Shown: positions 10,040-11,489 of the stretch, in pieces
How positions within the stretch are numbered: the stretch's first letter is position 1
Layout: every line of letters starts with the position of its first letter
Source of the DNA: Geosiphon pyriformis uo1
Taxonomy: Eukaryota; Fungi; Glomeromycota
Direction: 5' to 3'
Assembly: GCA_016748015.1 (NCBI GenBank)
Contig: JAAOMT010000428.1
Span: 1-11,489 of the forward strand
Length of the DNA stretch: 11,489 bases
Notes under the pieces: model-generated
The model's database searches: none
Seen by the model: the letters and a program-made list of their open reading frames with translations, nothing else
Told to the model about the DNA's origin: nothing
Made by a program: the position numbers and the translations under genes

Positions 10040-10065
10040 TGGAAAAAAAATAAAAAAGTTATATA

Positions 10066-10241
10066 CAGTCAGACCTCCATAAAAGAACCCTCAATAAAAG
10101 AACAACCTCTTACAAAGAACATTTTTTTTATAGAACCAATTGATTAATTTACAATTTTCCCTTTATATAAAAACAATCTATAAAGGAACAAAAACATAAA
10201 TTTATCAAACATTTATTCGAAATTTACCTTCATATAAGAAC
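10066..10241 (+). repeat. Left TIR candidate with 15-bp subterminal direct repeats (putative transposase-binding sites)
   Basis: CCTCCATAAAAGAAC 10074-10088, CCTCAATAAAAGAAC 10089-10103, CCTCTTACAAAGAAC 10106-10120, CCTTTATATAAAAAC 10160-10174, CCTTCATATAAGAAC 10227-10241, and a partial TCTATAAAGGAAC at 10177-10189. Confidence 0.8.
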
Positions 10242-10463
10242 AAATATCACGTGCTAGATGTTAATTGGTAATTGGAAAAAGAGTTAGAACGTATTGAATT
10301 GATTTCATCCTAACTTTCTTTTAAATCGATTTATATTGGACTTACTCTTTTTGATCTTGTCTATTTTCACGTACAGCCACTTACCCTTATTCAGGCTTGC
10401 TAAAACCAAATCTAATATTATCGTTATAGACACATTTTCTAACAGACTTGCTAAATTATCACA

Positions 10464-11489
10464 ATGTCGGAACCTTTATTCAAAAAACAAAAACGAGCAG
10501 CAGTTAATGATGCTCTTCGTAAAGAAATTTGTCAATATTCCAAAAATCACTATGGCATGAAACATGATATTGTAGCTTAATCATAAATATCCAGAACTTC
10601 ATATTTCTTGTCCAATTGTCTCCAAGATAATCAAAGAGCATGCAAAGTAGTTGAATTTTGAAATTAATGAAATTTCAGAAAGATCTATTCGACACAAAAG
10701 CGTTAAATTTCCATTATTAGACCAAGCTTTAAGTTATTGGGTAGAACAAGTAACTGCAGCTACTAATTAAAGAGAAAGGAAAAGAATTTGCTAAACTTCT
10801 TGGTATGCACGAAAATGAAATGCAATTCTCAAATGGATGGGTTCAAAAATTCAAAAAATGAAACCAGTTACGTGTTTACCGATTTCATGGTGAAGCAGAA
10901 AGTGTATCAACTGAAAGTTTACCAGAAAAATGAAGAAAATTAAAAACTATTATATCCGAATTTGATCCTTCTGACATATATAATGCTGATAAAACAGGAT
11001 ATTTTTTGTATGGGACCAAATCAAACACTTGCAAAATGTTGAAATGCAGGAAAAAAATTGGTATATTATATTTACCAATTGGTATCGTTATATTAAATTA
11101 ATTAGGTTTTTTATAGGATAAATCTCGGATTACAATTTTTCTTGCTACAAATTCAACTGGATCTCACAAATTGCAACCTTTAGTAATTGAACATGCAAAA
11201 AATCCAAGATGCTTTAAAGAAATTAATACTTCCAACCTACCTGTAATTTACAAATTCAATTCCAAAGCATGGATGCGCTCAGATATATGGAAAGCATGGC
11301 TCAAATATATAAATGAAGGCTTTCGAATTCAAAATCGGCATATATTACTTTTGGTTGATAATGCAACTTCTCATCATACTCAAATCGGGGAAAATTCATT
11401 CCAATTAACCAATATTACTTTGCACTATTTTCCTCCAAATACAACATCACATCTTCAACCAATGGATGCTGGCATTATCAAATCTTTCA
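10464..11489 (+). pseudogene. Disrupted pogo/Tigger-family transposase (CENP-B-type HTH + DDE_1, DD35D) with one 56-nt intron
   Basis: From ATG 10464: MSEPLFKKQKRAAVNDALRKEIC..., VKFPLLDQALSYWV, LIKEKGKEFAKLLG...FSNGWVQKFKK*N...HGEAES...DIYNADKTG (D at 10988). Intron 11061-11116 follows. Then an open frame DKSRITIFLATNSTGSHKLQPLVI...NSKAWM...ILLLVDNATSH...FPPNTTSHLQPMDAGIIKSF, with D at 11357 and D at 11465 separated by 35 codons. Stops and frameshifts lie in exon 1. Confidence 0.95.
11061..11116 (+). other. Spliceosomal intron in the pogo transposase
   Basis: GTATAT...TTTTTTATAG, 56 nt. Removal joins AGKKL to DKSRIT in frame, matching the family motif GxKxxKxRxT. Confidence 0.85.

Larger units (their letters stand above)
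10066..11489 (+). mobile_element. pogo/Tigger-type DNA transposon, left end through most of the transposase; right end outside window
   Basis: TA at 10064-10065 is followed by CAGTCAGACCTC, a pogo/Tigger-like terminus. Repeated subterminal motifs and a CENP-B-like/DDE_1 transposase follow. The matching right TIR is not visible. Confidence 0.88.

Noticed and set aside
1200-10060. Fanzor/TnpB or reverse transcriptase partner gene near the Tc1 elements or the array
   Set aside because: I saw no RuvC, zinc-finger or YxDD motifs in the frames I translated by hand. Heavily decayed remnants cannot be excluded without a profile search.
10336-10560. Listed 74-aa ORF
   Set aside because: It overlaps the pogo transposase start in a different frame. 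The family-like frame begins at ATG 10464.

Overview
AT-rich eukaryotic DNA with short GT-AG introns and no intact gene. The transposase types and intron style resemble arbuscular mycorrhizal fungi (Glomeromycotina), but this is inference only. Left end: a GC-richer tandem array of 96/97-bp units organised as a 193-bp A/B dimer (1-~760, open at the window edge). Its last two units plus an ~80-bp tail are duplicated 360 bp downstream (938-1199), and the units sit between plausible splice signals. Two different decayed Tc1-like transposase pseudogenes lie on the minus strand (1412-2029, truncated; 9178-10039, DD34E). A pogo/Tigger-type element starts at TA|CAGT (10066), with 15-bp subterminal repeats and an intron-containing, disrupted DD35D transposase (10464 to window end). 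The middle holds weakly supported decayed gene fragments, a 51-bp minisatellite and a (ACTAA)n microsatellite. The unexplained item most worth follow-up is the 96/97-bp array.
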